A stretch of DNA of 64,000 bases from Euglena gracilis. Its lineage: Eukaryota. Within the stretch, counting starts at the first letter, position 1; each line of letters opens with the position of its first letter. Both the position numbers and the translations under genes were made by a program. The DNA is taken from NCBI GenBank assembly GCA_039621445.1, contig CP154954.1:13448716-13512715 (forward strand), given 5' to 3'. Of this stretch, positions 12,189 to 25,099 are shown in pieces. The notes under the pieces were generated by a model. The model worked only from the letters and a program-made list of their open reading frames with translations, made no database searches and was not told the origin of the DNA.

Positions 12189-12284
12189 AGCCAGGTGACC
12201 TACCACTGGACCCTCGTGGACCGCCTGACGCTGCTGCAGTCGTCCGCGCGGTATGAGCAGGCATACGCCTCAATAGTGGCGGGC
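12189..12284 (+). CDS. Adenylyl cyclase exon 12: SQVTYHWTLVDRLTLLQSSARYEQAYASIVAG
   Basis: Coding-like, with a 'YEQA....G' helix typical of cyclase C-terminal extensions. CTG at -8..-6; followed by AGACAGCCTG. Confidence 0.8.
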
Positions 12285-12897
12285 AGACAGCCTGCTGTGC
12301 CGCCTCATCCCAGGGCGAGAATCCCCAAACCATGAGTGGGAGGGTGGGTGGGGGGGTCATCCCCCTTCCAACCTGGTGGGTAGGGGAGGCTGAGCACTCC
12401 CACACCCTTTCCCGTATTTCTGGGGGCACCAATTTTTAGGTCAAAATTCGTGTGGTTTTTTCCCTTCGTGGTGCCATCGTGGGTGGGGGTTGCCACCCCC
12501 CCACCTTCTGGTTGGGGGCCGAGCGAGCCCCACCATGCTTTCCCGTGCAGCCCTGCCCCACCCAGAATGACCCCAAAACACCCTCCAAATCCCTTCTTTA
12601 AAACAAAATTTGTTGAAAAATTCCATTTGACATTCCCCATTCCATAGGCAGGTCAGTGGGTTCAAGGGAGGGGGAAGGGTCCTAAGAGGACAGCTTAGCA
12701 GTACCCCTCCCAGGGCTGCACAGGAATCCCTGCAACCCTGTGGGTGGTGGGTGGTGGGTTGGACCCCCGGGGGGGTCCACCCCACCTCACCAGGCCTTCC
12801 CGTCCCCCCCCCCCATTTCCCATCTCTGTCCTCCAACCGAGGGGCATACATACATGCATACACTGTGAATACTGCACACATGCAGGCACCGAGGATA

Positions 12898-13511
12898 CCT
12901 CCCCCCCCCTTGTCCAACGACCGGGCTTGTCTAACGACCACCCCCCCCAGTCAGAGACGATCTCTTTGTATACGATGTTGGTTCGGCCAAAATTGCTAAA
13001 AGTTGGCTAAAAACAGTCAAAAATAGCCCAAAATGGCCTAAAATGGCCAAAGGATGGCCAAAAGTGCCCAAAAAGTTGCCAAAAATAGCAAAAATAAGGC
13101 ACAAATTGCCAAAAGTAACCAAAAACAGCCTAAAGTGGCCAAAAATGGGCAAAGGGGGCCAAAGTGTGGCCAACAGTTGCCAAAAGTGGCCAAAAGCGAC
13201 CAAACATGGCGAAAAGCGGTCAAAAATGCCTAAAAATTCCCAAAAGTGCCCCAAAAATGTCCAAAAATGGCCAAAAGTGGCCAACCGTAGTCAAGAAATA
13301 GCATAAATGGCCAAAAACAGCCCAAAAATGGCCATATACCCCCATCTATGGTAAATTTTCCTCCGACTTGGGGTCCACCCCGCTTGTCTAACGACCACCC
13401 CCCCCCCCCTGGTCGGAGACGAACATTGGCCATTTTAGCGACCGCCCCCCCCCCCCGGTCAGAGTATTAGTGGTCGAATATTAGTGGTCGTTGGACAAGG
13501 GGGGGGGGAGG
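12898..13511. mobile_element. Tc1/mariner-like MITE (TA TSD)
   Basis: TA|CCTCCCCCCCCCTTGTCCAACGACC ... GGTCGTTGGACAAGGGGGGGGGGAGG|TA, with internal AAAATGGCC-like repeats. Degenerate relatives at ~620-670 and ~1720-2040. Confidence 0.8.
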
Positions 13512-14587
13512 TACTGCAAAGCTATCCAAGCAATTGCATAAGTGGGGTGGCTAAACCCCCCCCCCCAAACATTTATCACCACCCCTCGTATAAACCTCTT
13601 CCCCACCGATACCCCTCCATGGGAAACTCTTCCTACATGGGACAATTGTTTGTGTCGGAGGATGTCAACGTTTTATCTAACGGCACCCCAGAAGTTGTCT
13701 CCTGTTCTGTTGTTTTTAGGAATAGGCTTAGGGTTGCAATTGTCGTTCCAAAAGTGATCACGATGTCCTTGAAAAATGTGCAGCATGGAAGGCCTGCTCG
13801 CAGTGTGGGGTTTGGGCTTGGGGAGAGGGTTGGGGTTAGCGTTGGGAATTGGTTTAGGGTTAGGGTTCAGGCCTTGAGGCCTTTTGGCCCGATTCTGGCC
13901 TAACCTCCTAACTTTGGCCCAACCCTGACCACATCCCCCGTGGGGAGCACAAAAACATAGGCGAATTCGGGTCCGAGCTATTTCTTAAACACACAGGTGT
14001 GGACCCTTTTGAGCATTGGGCCCTCCCTCGGGGGGGGGGGGCGGTGGTTAGGTGCTGCCGTTTTTTCCTTGGGGACAACTCAGTTCAATTCAAAGGTAAT
14101 TCAGTTCAACACAATTCAAAGGGTAATTATCCAAGGTTTTGGTGACAGATGTTCTGGAGTTTTCTATGCTTTGTTTTCTTCCACCAGACTCCAAGACGAT
14201 CCTCCCAAGAGCTCTCCCTCTGTGCTCCTTGAACCCTGTTTCTTTTGCAAGACCCTTTTTATTTCGCCTTTTTTCCTGCACAGACGTTTTTCGATTTTTT
14301 TCTGCACAAAAAAAATGCCAGTTTAAAGTTCTTAAGATGGCACCTCACATTGTGCATCTTCTTTTCTGTGTTCACATCCAATTAAAGCATCCAAGGCACA
14401 TGAGATTACCCTTACAATGGCGTTTGCTGTGCGGTGGAAAATGCTGCCAGGCACCCGCTCTCTGAACAAGGCGAAGCATTCATTTTTGGCAGGCCCAAAC
14501 TCCGCAAATTGTCTGGTCCACACACACAAGGTTTGGATGATTGTCCCCCCCCCCCCCAAAGTTTAGGCTGCAGAGTGGGCTGCTGGG

Positions 14588-14731
14588 GACCACCAACGGG
14601 CGCGGCAGCTGCTGGCGGCCAACCCGCTGCTGGACCCGCCAGACAAGGCGTGGGCCGCCTTGGCCGCCCAGCTGGAGCACACGGAGGCCGGCCGGCTGTG
14701 GGACGGCGTGTTCCACTTCACGGAAAAGTGA
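14588..14731 (+). CDS. Adenylyl cyclase last exon: DHQRARQLLAANPLLDPPDKAWAALAAQLEHTEAGRLWDGVFHFTEK*
   Basis: Ends in 'WDGV..FTEK*', the typical terminus of this cyclase subfamily. Upstream GCAGAGTGGGCTG pairs with CAGCCTGCTGTGC, with CTG at exactly -8..-6. Confidence 0.9.
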   Translation, partial: DHQRARQLLAANPLLDPPDKAWAALAAQLEHTEAGRLWDGVFHFTEK

Positions 14732-15624
14732 GCGAGCGCTGCGCCGCGCGGCGAGGGAGAGCCCGACCCAGGCACCCGTACCCAGTGGGCTGTCGTGTAC
14801 CTGTGCAGTACGCTGTTCCACTCGCTTCAGGAGGCAACAATTGTTATTCCTCTTCTTCTTCTTCGTTTGCTTTCAAACGTTGGGCTGGATCCTGCCCATC
14901 CACGTTCTCGATCTTTTGTCCAGATCGAGTCAAATGTTTTGATCCTTGAATGATTCACAATCTCCAACTTTGCCCAAGAACCTGGGTAGCCCCTCTCAAG
15001 AAAGGGCACAACGCTTGCTGGAGCGCACCTCCAGGGGGGATATAAGTGGCATCATTTGCATTTTTTTTGCATTTTTTTGCATTGCATATTTTGAGGTGCC
15101 TCGTTGCATACCCCCCCGGCCTTAGATAGTCCAGGTATTTAAAAATGGGCACTGAATCAGAGCCTCTCCCATCAGCAACAGCCTTTCTACAGAACCCCCC
15201 CTCCGGTGGGGGGCTGGGTGCTATGGGCAGGCCGGGGGAGGGAGGCATTCTTGGACCCCTGCAGGAACCGCTGTTTCAAAGAAGTCTTTCGGAGGCGTGG
15301 GCCAATTCTTTCTGCCGATTCCACTCTATTCCCAACCTCGACACAGCATGTTGGTTTGGACAGTTCGCTGGCACTCACACACGGGGATCGCTGTCCATCG
15401 CTGTTACACGACAGACTCAGAAGCCTGTGGCAGGGTCTACGCCGTGTGCGCGGGCCCCTTCCTACCCCCGACCCTGCCCCTACCCAGGTGCAGATGCGAG
15501 CGAAACCCAGGCGGCTGCATGACAACGCGAGCACCTTTTCCCTTCAATTGCGTCAGAGCCAGAGACGTTTCCAGTTTGGCGACCTGGGGGATGGGTGGGT
15601 CCGGCCCAGCGTAGGGCCGAGTGA

Positions 15625-16035
15625 GTAAACCCTCACCCCAAATAATACCCCCCCCCAAATAATACCCCCCCAAATAATACCCCCCCCCCCCTCGGGCTGC
15701 TGAAATAATACCCCCCCCCCCGGTTTCGGGCCCAAGGCCCGGATTTTTGACCTGAAAATGTAGGTAAAAACCACAATCTCTTACAACAAATTACAAAAAA
15801 AATCGATTTTTCTGGATCATCTGGCCTCCAAAAAGAAATGGTAAATTTCATGAGAAAGTACAAAAAATGACCCCAAAGGGGCGTTTTGGCGCTATTTTTG
15901 CTCCTACGGGACTTCAAAAAAAGTTCGAAAATTTTTGGGAAATAATACCCCCCCCCCAAATAATACCCCCCTCCCTCGGGCCGGGACTCGGGCGAAAAAA
16001 TAATACCCTGGGGGGTATTATTTGGGGGGTTTTAC
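15625..16035. mobile_element. MITE-like element with AAATAATACCCC repeats
   Basis: GTAAAC..CCCCAAATAATACCCC ... GGGGTATTATTTGGGGGGTTTTAC inverted ends. No clear TSD. Confidence 0.65.
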
Positions 16036-16221
16036 CCTTTCAAAGAGGAGTTTGCCCCCCCCGAGTTTTCGTGAACCCCAAAATTAACTCCCAATCCCCC
16101 TCCAGGGGTGGGTGGGTGGTGTGGAAGACCCAATCCTGGGGCCTTTTAAAACCTCTGGCTAGAGCGTGGAAAATTTCGAAGGCTGCCGCCTCCCAACAGG
16201 TTGAGCCCAATGGTGTTCGTC

Positions 16222-16243
16222 ATTATTATTATTATTATCATCA

Positions 16244-16280
<37 letters not shown>

Positions 16281-16309
16281 TGTTGTTGTTGTTGTTGTTG
16301 TTGTTATTA

Positions 16310-16362
<53 letters not shown>
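16222..16362. repeat. Compound trinucleotide microsatellite (ATT)(ATC)(GTC)(GTT)(ATT)
   Basis: Directly visible. Confidence 0.95.
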
Positions 16363-19300
16363 TGCCATCACCGTTTCTGTTCTGTCAAGCATGACGGATG
16401 CCTGGGATCAGTGTTTGCCATGTAAAATAGCCTTGGGTTATTTGCAGGGCAGGCTTTTGTTGGCTGCAATCCACCGGCGGACAGACCGAGTTAAACCTGT
16501 GCTTGTGTCCGGTGAGCCCTGCGTTCACCAAAAATGGAGTTTTCACCCCCAGGGCTGTGTAGGAATCCCCAAAGCCACATGGAGGGCGAACCCCCCCCCT
16601 CCAAGCCTTCTCGTATTTCCGCTGATTTTCGTTCAAAAACGATTCTTTTGCAGCCTTCGATTTTTTTTTTGCGTGGTGCCTTGGTGTGGGGTCGACCTTC
16701 CCCCCAGGTGGGGGGTCCGACCCCCCACGGGGCATTCCCGTTCAGCCCTGTTGGCCCCCCACAGCCCCGGGCGCACAAGAAATATAAGGTCTCTCAAGCC
16801 CCCCGCCCCACCCCAAAGGGTGGGCAGTGGGGGGGGGGGGCGGGCACCTCCTCAGGGCCTAAAAAAAGTTGACTGTAACCATTACGTAGTGAAGGGTCGA
16901 ACCTCCTTCTCCCCTGTCAGCAGCTTCCGGCGCCACGCGCCACATTTTTTCAGGCAGACCCCCAACCCATCACGAACCTGCGGCGGACACGGGGCCAATG
17001 GTGGCATTTGAGGTTCTTTCACATATACCAACAACCTTCCTAAAGGTTTTTTTTGTCTTGGGCCCCTGGGGGGGTCGGTGGGGGGGGGCGGGCCGGCGCC
17101 CCGCCCGCCCCCAGGGGGTCCCCCCAGGGGGGATATACTTTTCGGCGCTTTTGGCGCCAAATTTTTTTTGAAATGGTGAAATTTTAGCATTATTCGCGAT
17201 GTTTGGTCATTTTCAGGGAAAAGTGGGTGGGACCCCGAGGACCCCGGGGGGGGGGGAGGGGGTGGGTTGGGGGGGGGCTGACCCCGGTCTTAAAAAAAAA
17301 CCCCTGAACCTGCCCGCCTTCTTTTGCCATTAGCCCGAGCACCGTCAAACTCAACATGGGGACGGTGTCGTCAGTGCGGTTGGGGGGGGGGGCGGGGGAG
17401 GGGTGGCCACCCCTGGGTGCGGGGGGGGGGGGGGGCGGGGCACAAGCCTGGGAAGGCCACGAGCGGCTTACCCAGCGGGCGTTGCCGAGGGGAGGACCGC
17501 CTTCCCTCCCGCTGCCCGGCACCCTGTCCCCTCCCTGACCCTCCCGACACCGTGCTGCACACCCAACCGGCTGATTCCCCCCCCACCCCGGAGGGGGCTG
17601 CCTGCCTGGAGACACTCCAAGGCGCCTCGATCCCGGGGAGGGGGGATCGGGAACACGGAAAAGATTGCCTGGGCATTCAGCTCGGGCACTCTGGTGCCGA
17701 GGGCGGTGCAAGTCCGGAAGAAACAATTTCTGGCGCAACTCTGTCCTGCCGCCCCATGGGGCCTGTGGGGGGGGGGAACAGGGTTCGATCCAGGGGGGGG
17801 GGGTGCCCCGGCTTTAGGTGGGGGGTGTCCCCCCCCCCCTTGACCGTGGGGAGGAGGGGCAGGGTCCTGACCACCACCCCACCTGCCAAGGGGCCATCCA
17901 ACCGACCCTGGGGGGATTGCGGGACCACCCGAAATGGTCGAATTTTTCCTGCTGGCACTCTCTTGCCAAAAAATCCTGCAATTTCGAGGAAATTTGACCC
18001 AACAGTGTCCAAAGTTGCATTTTAGGTGGTGGCCTCCCAGCCCACTGTTCCAGAACCCTTCAAACTGTCATCCCCCTGCCACCCATGTTCATTTAGGCAC
18101 TTGACCAGGAATGTCAAAAACGAAACACCAACAGATGGAGATTTTGTGCTGGCTTGAATTTTGGGCGTAGAATTCTGGCTGGTTAGCTGGTCCAAATCAG
18201 CTTGCACCCAACCCCGTCCACCCGTCGCACGTTTTATATACTCCCTGATTCATGCGCATACTCCCTGTGCCAAATAAAAAAAAAATACTGCTATCTCACT
18301 TGAGAAGTGAGCTGGCAGCAGCGGTGGTGGGGGGGGGCGTTGCGGCCTGAGCAACAGCCCCTGCCTTCCCCCTGCCGCCCCTTGCCGGGCCAGATTCGCC
18401 ACGCTGCACTCCTGCTCCAGGCTTTGGGAAACGACCACGCCCGCAGACAGTCCACAGGACGAGCAGCTTTTGTTGAAGCCCAACCCTTCAGCCCTTTTAC
18501 TCAGTTCTCCCCCACAACCCCGAAGCCTGTGTTGCTCTTGTGCGACCGAGTCATGTTGCGCGTTATAATGCACTGAAACCATCAACCTTTCTCAACCCAA
18601 CAAGACCCTCTCATGCTCTTGTGAATGAAGAATCGTGGAGGAGCGTTGACAGATTCGCTCCCTCCATGCACAATCACCACCTCTGGATGGACGCCCTGGC
18701 GCTGTGGAGACTGGACAGCCCAAACGTGTCATCGGCCCATTGGAGTGATTGTTGATGTGGATGATCAACATCCGCATCTTTTGTTGATGTTGATCCCCAG
18801 CCCAGTACCCAGTGATAAATGGCGTCCTGTGCTCTTGTGGGGGGATTTGTTGAATAGGGGCATTAGGGTTTTTTTTTTAACCAATGCACAAAGATATCCA
18901 ACACCATGACTTCCTCTCCTCAAGGAGGCGATGCTCATCCTTGCCCCCCCAAGGTTAGATCAGACTTGTTCCGAATGTGCGCAACCATAACATCCGAAAG
19001 CTGGCAATTGTCAGAGATTTCTGGGAGATCAAAAAAAAATGAACGGGCTTGGGCTGTAAAGTTCCCCTTCTTCATCCGGATATTTCTGCTTTTTCAAGTC
19101 TGAGAGGGGCCTGACCTCGCCACGCTTTGTAACAACCCGACAAAACGTCACTCCTGGCATGCCCGCCCATTGATACACGCCACATTGCGAGGATGCAACA
19201 GGCCCAAGGTGCAAAACATCCTGCAGGTGGCACTGAGGTGTGCACTGCAAATTCCTGCAGGTGGCACTGCATCCTTTTTTGTCTCAAAACCATTCCCTGT

Positions 19301-19794
19301 CTCCTCGAATGGAATCCTGAATGAGCACCTTCATTCGACCACTGACTGTTTTCCTTCAGAAATTGTACCCTCAGAAGACTGACTAGCATGAATTGCGCAA
19401 CAGGTGTTCCTCCCGTGTTTAGGAGAACATCATCAACATCATTATTATGCGTCACAGGGTTGTATTATATTTTGGTCTCCAAGTCGTCCCCCCCCCCCAT
19501 CCTTGTCCCTGAACAGCACATTTCAACAGCTCCCTTTTCATTTCCCTTCCTCATCTGCCCATCAAAACCCAAACTCACTGAAAGAAACCTCGAACTGGGA
19601 GATGAACTGGGTCAAATATTCGGGGGGAGTGTCAATGGATTGGACATGACAAGCTCGCTAAAAGAGCGTCTGCCATCCATCAGAGTGTGGAGAGAGGCGA
19701 CAATGGCCACACAGACAGACACATCAGTGGCTGCAAGGTGCTGGGTTGGTTGGCTTTAGGCCCCCCCACCCCGAGAAACTGTCATGCCCGAGAC

Positions 19795-20049
19795 CCCCCC
19801 CCCCCCGGGGAAACTGTCAGGGTCCCCGTTAGTGGCCAACCTGTCAGGGTGGAAAGTTGTCAGGGTCCTCGGTCAGGGTCAGGGTCATTTTCATTGACTT
19901 TCCCTTGAAATGCCCTCCCCGGGAAAGTGTCAGGGTCTTTGGTGCTGGCCAACCTGTCATGATAGGAAGTTGTCAGGGTCCCCGGCACCGGCCAATTGTC
20001 AGGTGACAGGCCAATTGTCAGGTGACAGTTTCCCGTGGGGGGGGGGAGG
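19795..20049. mobile_element. MITE-like element with TGTCAGGGTC repeats
   Basis: CCCCCCGGGGAAACTGTCA ... TGACAGTTTCCCGTGGGGGG inverted ends with internal tandem motifs. Confidence 0.65.
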
Positions 20050-23000
20050 TATTGAACTTCACTGCAATACCACCTGGCCAGATTTTCAAAATTCTCGAGG
20101 TGCAGAGGCAGAGGAACGAAACAAAGCAACAAAAAATTCTCAAAAAGGAGGGCTCAGGAAGTGGAAAATACGTCAAACGCAGCAAATTGGTGTGGCATGC
20201 GCACGCTACAGACAATTTGTGGCCAGCTTCCCTGCTTCCCTGTGGAAAATGAGGTGCATGTATTCACTTAACACCTGTGTGAACCCCGGGGGGTGGGTGG
20301 TTTTTGGGGCCTCTGGACCCTCCCTTGGGGGTGGGGTGCGCCATGGGTCAGGTTTTTTGCCGAAGGCCGGGCCGTAAATTTTTTCTGTGTTTTTGGCCAA
20401 TTTTGGCTGGATTTTGGGTTGGAGGGTGGGTGGGTTGTTGACCCCGGGGGGGGGGGGGGTTGTGGGGGGGGGGGTGGTGTTTTGAAAAAAGTGGGTTTTT
20501 GAAAAAAGTGGGTTTTTGAAAAAGTGGGTGGGCCCAGGAAAAGGTTTCCACCCAGGGTCACTAACAGGCCGTATTTTAGTCGGGTGCCGACCCCACCCTG
20601 GGGGGGGGTGCCTGCCTGGGCAGGCACCCCAAGGCACTCCAAATCCGACCCCCCCCGGGGGGGGGGGTAGGGCACACGGCCGAAAGTGCCCTAGCACAGA
20701 CCCGGCGCCGAAGTTGCCGGGGAGCCGAAAATGGCCTATTTTCAAAGGAATGTGCCTGGGCACGGGCCGAATTCCAACCCCCCCCCCCCATGGGCAGGCA
20801 CTCACAGGCACTCCGGACCCCTGCTCCCCCCCGGGGTTGGTAAAAGCAGCCTGGTGACTACCGGGGAGGGAAAAACTCTGACCGGGAACAATTGCCGACG
20901 GGAAAAATTCTGCCGGGAAAAGTATTGGACGAATCCTTAAAATGCCGGGAAAAATCCTGAACGCTCGCTTAAACCAGGTGGGAAAAAATATTGGACAGCT
21001 GAAAAAAAACCGCAGAGGTTTTGCGCCAACCAGCAGTTGAACGAGAAAGCATGGCTGCACCTGGTGAAACCAAACAGAAAGCTTACATTCCGCTGGGGTG
21101 ATAAGACTGCCGTGTTGACAGACGCAAAGCGGTTTCTGGCACACAACTTATGCACAGGGTCTCTTTGGGGTGGAGTGCACGCTGTGGGCTAACGCGCGCT
21201 TCAAAAGGGTTTGGGGCGGTTGGGAAGGACAGCTTCCTGGCAGGGTTGTTTTTTTTCTGTCCCTTGGGTTTTGATTGCAAGCAGACATAAAAAAAATGAA
21301 ATTTACAAAATAATTTTGAAGAGCAGAGGCAGGAGGTACAACAACGATTCCTGAGAGGAAGAAGAATTCCTGCTGCAAATCGGCGCGCAGCGCCGAAGAT
21401 TTTTTTGGGGGGTCATTCACTGGAGGAAATTGGTCTTTCCTTAAATCTGCCAGGAAAAATCCTGGACGGATCCTTAAAAAGGCGGGAAAAATCCTGGACA
21501 AAATTTCGTCCAGAATTTTTCCCACAACATTTTTTCCCGTACAAGTTTTTTCCCCCTCCGGTAAGTGAATCTATGGTGAGGAGGTCACGAGCCCCAATTC
21601 TCCCTTTTTTTGCGCAAGCACGCTGAATGCAGTGCCACTTCATTTCGCCTTATTCCCCTCCCCCCGTGCACCCCTCCCCCCACCATATCCAGGGATGCAG
21701 GAGCTAACCCTGCGGGACTCAACAGCTGTTCATTCAAGGGGCTCTGGGCAGTCCACAGTCTCTGCGTGGTGGGGGATTTGTGTGCGGATCGCTTTCCTCC
21801 CTCAGATGGAGGCTTTCCAAACAGTCATCGGAACACGAAAATCGAAACATCTGTGCATATTTTCAGATTTCATGTCCAAAGCCTTTTTTATACCCTGCCT
21901 TTCCAGCATTTGGGGAGTTTCACACCAGAAATGTTCCATTTTTTTTCTGTTCATTTTTTCTTGATTTGTCAAAACACACCACCTGAAAACATATTTGTAT
22001 GGCATTTTTGAACCTTTTTTCCAAGCATTTTCATGGAAGACACCACAGTTTTTTCCTCCACTTTGTAATTTCTTCCCCTTTGGAGGGGTCTGGAAGCCCC
22101 CCCCCCCCCACACAAAGGCTGTACAGGAAGGTTTGGTGGGGGGGACGCCACCATGGCAACACCCAATAAAATTCCTTCGGCACTGAAGGCACCGAAGGAA
22201 GATTTCGACCTACAAATCGGTGCCCGCGGAAGTGCGGGAAGGGGTGGGGGCGGTCCACCCCACCCTCCACCCACAGGGTTTCGGGGATTCCCGTATGGTA
22301 CAGGTTCGAGATGAGCTGGCGAGGTCCCCGTTGAAACCCCGGGCCCCCAGACATCGAGCCCCCTGGCCGGCGCAGTGTAGGACCCCCCCGCCACCCGTGC
22401 CGCGCCTTGCTTCGCCCGAGAGCCCAGGGAGGCAGCACAGCCTTCTCCCAGCCTGGAGCCGGTTCGCAGTGAGCTTGGGTTCTGAGCCTTCATTAGATTT
22501 AGTGCAGAAGGTGCCCAGCCGGGCTCCCAAGGAAATGCTCAGGCATGTGATGCGACTGCGAACTGCAACAATGGTCCATCAAAACGGTTTCTCGTTGAAT
22601 GTCCGGTGGCATGGTCCACCTGCGATTAGCTCTTTCTCTCCTTTGTTTGTGGTATGGCTCACGAAGGGTATTCAGGAATTTGGAGTTCAACTCCTCCCTC
22701 AAATAGCCCTCGGTCTGCTTTCTGGGTGGTTGCTGAAAACACCAAGGTTTGTAATTTTGGGGGTCCAAAAAGTTTTTTGGGGGGAGTTTTGCTACCCCTC
22801 ATGTCCAACAACTACCTTTTGCTACCCCCCCCCCCTATGATTATCCCCCCCGCCCAGTCGAGGGACTTCTTTCGAAGGTTTGGCTGGTCCATGTATTTTT
22901 TTGACGTCTTATCTGACGACGGTCCCCCAGTCGGAGGACACCTTCTGGTGTCATAACCCTATGCCCAACGACCATCCCCCCGGCAGGACTGTTCGGGAAC

Positions 23001-23169
23001 CGTATGGGTGGTGAACGGGGGGGGGGGGTGGGGGTCTGACCCCCCCCACGTCTCCCACGTGTCGATTATTGGGTCAAAATTTCCTTTAGCCCCAAAGGAG
23101 AATTTTACTTGCCCGGTTTCATGGTGGGCGGGGGGGTCGACCCCCCACCTCCCAGATTGGGGTGACCCC

Positions 23170-24473
23170 AGACATTCATTTAGTGTGGTACACCAAGGTT
23201 GTCATTTTGTGGTTCACTGTGGACACCAAAATTTTTTTTGTGGTTCACGTGTGGACACCAAAAATTTTTTTGTGGTTCACCTGTGGACACCAAAAAAATT
23301 TTTGTGGTTCACCTGTGGACACCAAAAAAATATTTGTGGTTCACATGTGGACACCAAACATTTGGGTCAAAAAATCTATTTTCCCAAAATTTCTCGAAAA
23401 TGGTGGGGAGTCAAAGGAAAGGTCCGGAGACCTGAATTGAAGTCTTTTGAAGCCCCCTCTAAGGGTATTTGATTTCCTGCAACTCACCGCCCAGCCCGAG
23501 TTACGGCCATTTTTCAGCCAATCTAGGCCATTTTGACAGTTTTGGCCTGTTTTGAATTAGCAGTTTTTGGATGGAAAAGGTCGAAAAATCCAAAAAAAAA
23601 TCGAAAAAAAATTGCCCGAAACGATGTTTCCCGGAGCCGGAATAACTGTTTTTGAGCCGAAAATGAGCGTTTTTTCGCCCCCCCCCCCCCTGGTTTTGGC
23701 CCGGAACCCCCCGCCCCCCCCCCCCGGGTTTGGCCCGGAACCCATGCATTTGGGTGCAAATTTTTATATTGAGCCTCAAGAGGGTCCTAAAATACACACC
23801 CGGCGCTTTGCCTCCGCAGAGGAGGAGGGTTGGGGGACCCCCCTTCCAAAACCGGGGGGGGGGTTGGGGGACCAGGTTTGAATAGTGTTGAGCTCTTTAT
23901 GGGACTTGCACGTAATGGATTTCCGAAAAGACTCGCATTGCAAATTTCCATTAATTTGCAAATTACACACCTGCAATTTACGGTTACTTACAGTAATTTT
24001 TGAAAGGTTAAGAGGTCAGCGACCCCCTCCCATGCCCCCCCACACCCCTTTGCTTCGATTTTTTCGACTTTTTCGACCCGGAAACTGAGAAGATTCGGTG
24101 ACCAAAAACTTGAGGTTGGAGGGGGGGTCCCCCACCCCCCCTCCTCCGAGATTCCCATCAAGCCTGGGGGTGTGATTCGCTGCCACACTTTACGGATTGA
24201 GCCGGAGCCAAGGTGACAATTTGGTTGAGGTCTCTCAAGATCAATCCGCTTTTAGTTGTAAAACTTAATTTTTTTCCGATACTCAATCAAGATTTGTGGG
24301 CAACAAAAGTTTTTGTGGACACCAAAAATTTTTTTGTGTTTCACCTGTGGACACCAAAAAAAAAAATTGTGGTTCACATGTGGGCACCAAAAAAAAATTG
24401 TGGTTCACATGTGGACACCAAAAAAAATTTTGTGGTTCACACGTCTTTTGTGAACCACACTAAATGAATGTCT
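23170..24473. mobile_element. Non-autonomous TIR element with subterminal ~31-bp repeat arrays
   Basis: Perfect TIR AGACATTCATTTAGTGTGGT / ACCACACTAAATGAATGTCT flanked by the direct repeat GGTGACCCC (23161-23169, 24474-24482). GTGGTTCACNTGTGGACACC arrays lie at both ends. Confidence 0.85.
23871..24021 (-). mobile_element. GGT-core family, copy C (~150 bp), nested in the TIR element
   Basis: Minus strand reads GGT|CGCTGACCTCTT ... AAGAGCTCAACACTATTCAAACCTGGT. Confidence 0.7.
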
Positions 24474-25099
24474 GGTGACCCCCCCCCCACAGGCCTTCCT
24501 GTGCAGCCCTAACCCCGGTCGGGGGGGGGGGGACTTTGGCTGGAAAAGTCTTCCTGTGGGCCGAAAACAGGTCTGATGTGCAAGGTTTTTCAAATGAACA
24601 AATAATTATCGCAAAAAACCCAGTTATGATGCCAAAAAAGTGGATATAAATCTGATCCAAAAAAATATATAAAGTATATAATAAAAATATAAAATAATAA
24701 TAATAATAATAATTAAAAAAATAATAAAAATATAAAGTGGATATAAATCCAAAAAATATCGGAAAAAGATATATTTCATATTTAGGCATTTCCACAGTCA
24801 CAAGGGTGTTGCTTTTTGGGAAAGCTTATCTTTTTTCTGTGGTTTGCAGAGGGAGTGCTGGAAGGCGTTACAAACATTGATTATGCCCATGGATCAACTC
24901 AACTCAACTCAACCCTGCGGTTGCGGCGAAGGCCGGGATGGAAAGAAAATTCAAGGGTTTTTGGCTGATTTTGGGTGGGTGGATGGGTGGGTGTGACCTG
25001 GGGGGGCTGTTGGCCTGGGGAAACGCTGCCACGAGGGGGGGAACTCAGTGAGTATGTGGTGGTGCCTTGCCTGGGGGGTTGGCTGGGGGGTTACCGTAA

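Noticed and set aside
12184-12195. Conventional CAG acceptors before cyclase exon 12
   Set aside because: No matching GT donor follows the upstream exons, and the nonconventional geometry (CTG at -8..-6) fits; cDNA is needed to settle it.
13800-13870. Telomere-like TTAGGG motifs (also CCCTAA at ~4620)
   Set aside because: Only 2-3 degenerate units, internal to introns; not a telomere.
16159-17011. Poly-L/I/V/N/D ORFs that look like signal or membrane proteins
   Set aside because: They are translations of a trinucleotide microsatellite.
23205-23360. 31-bp near-palindromic repeats resembling a CRISPR array (also 24310-24440)
   Set aside because: There are no unique spacers and no cas genes; these are subterminal repeats of a TIR element.
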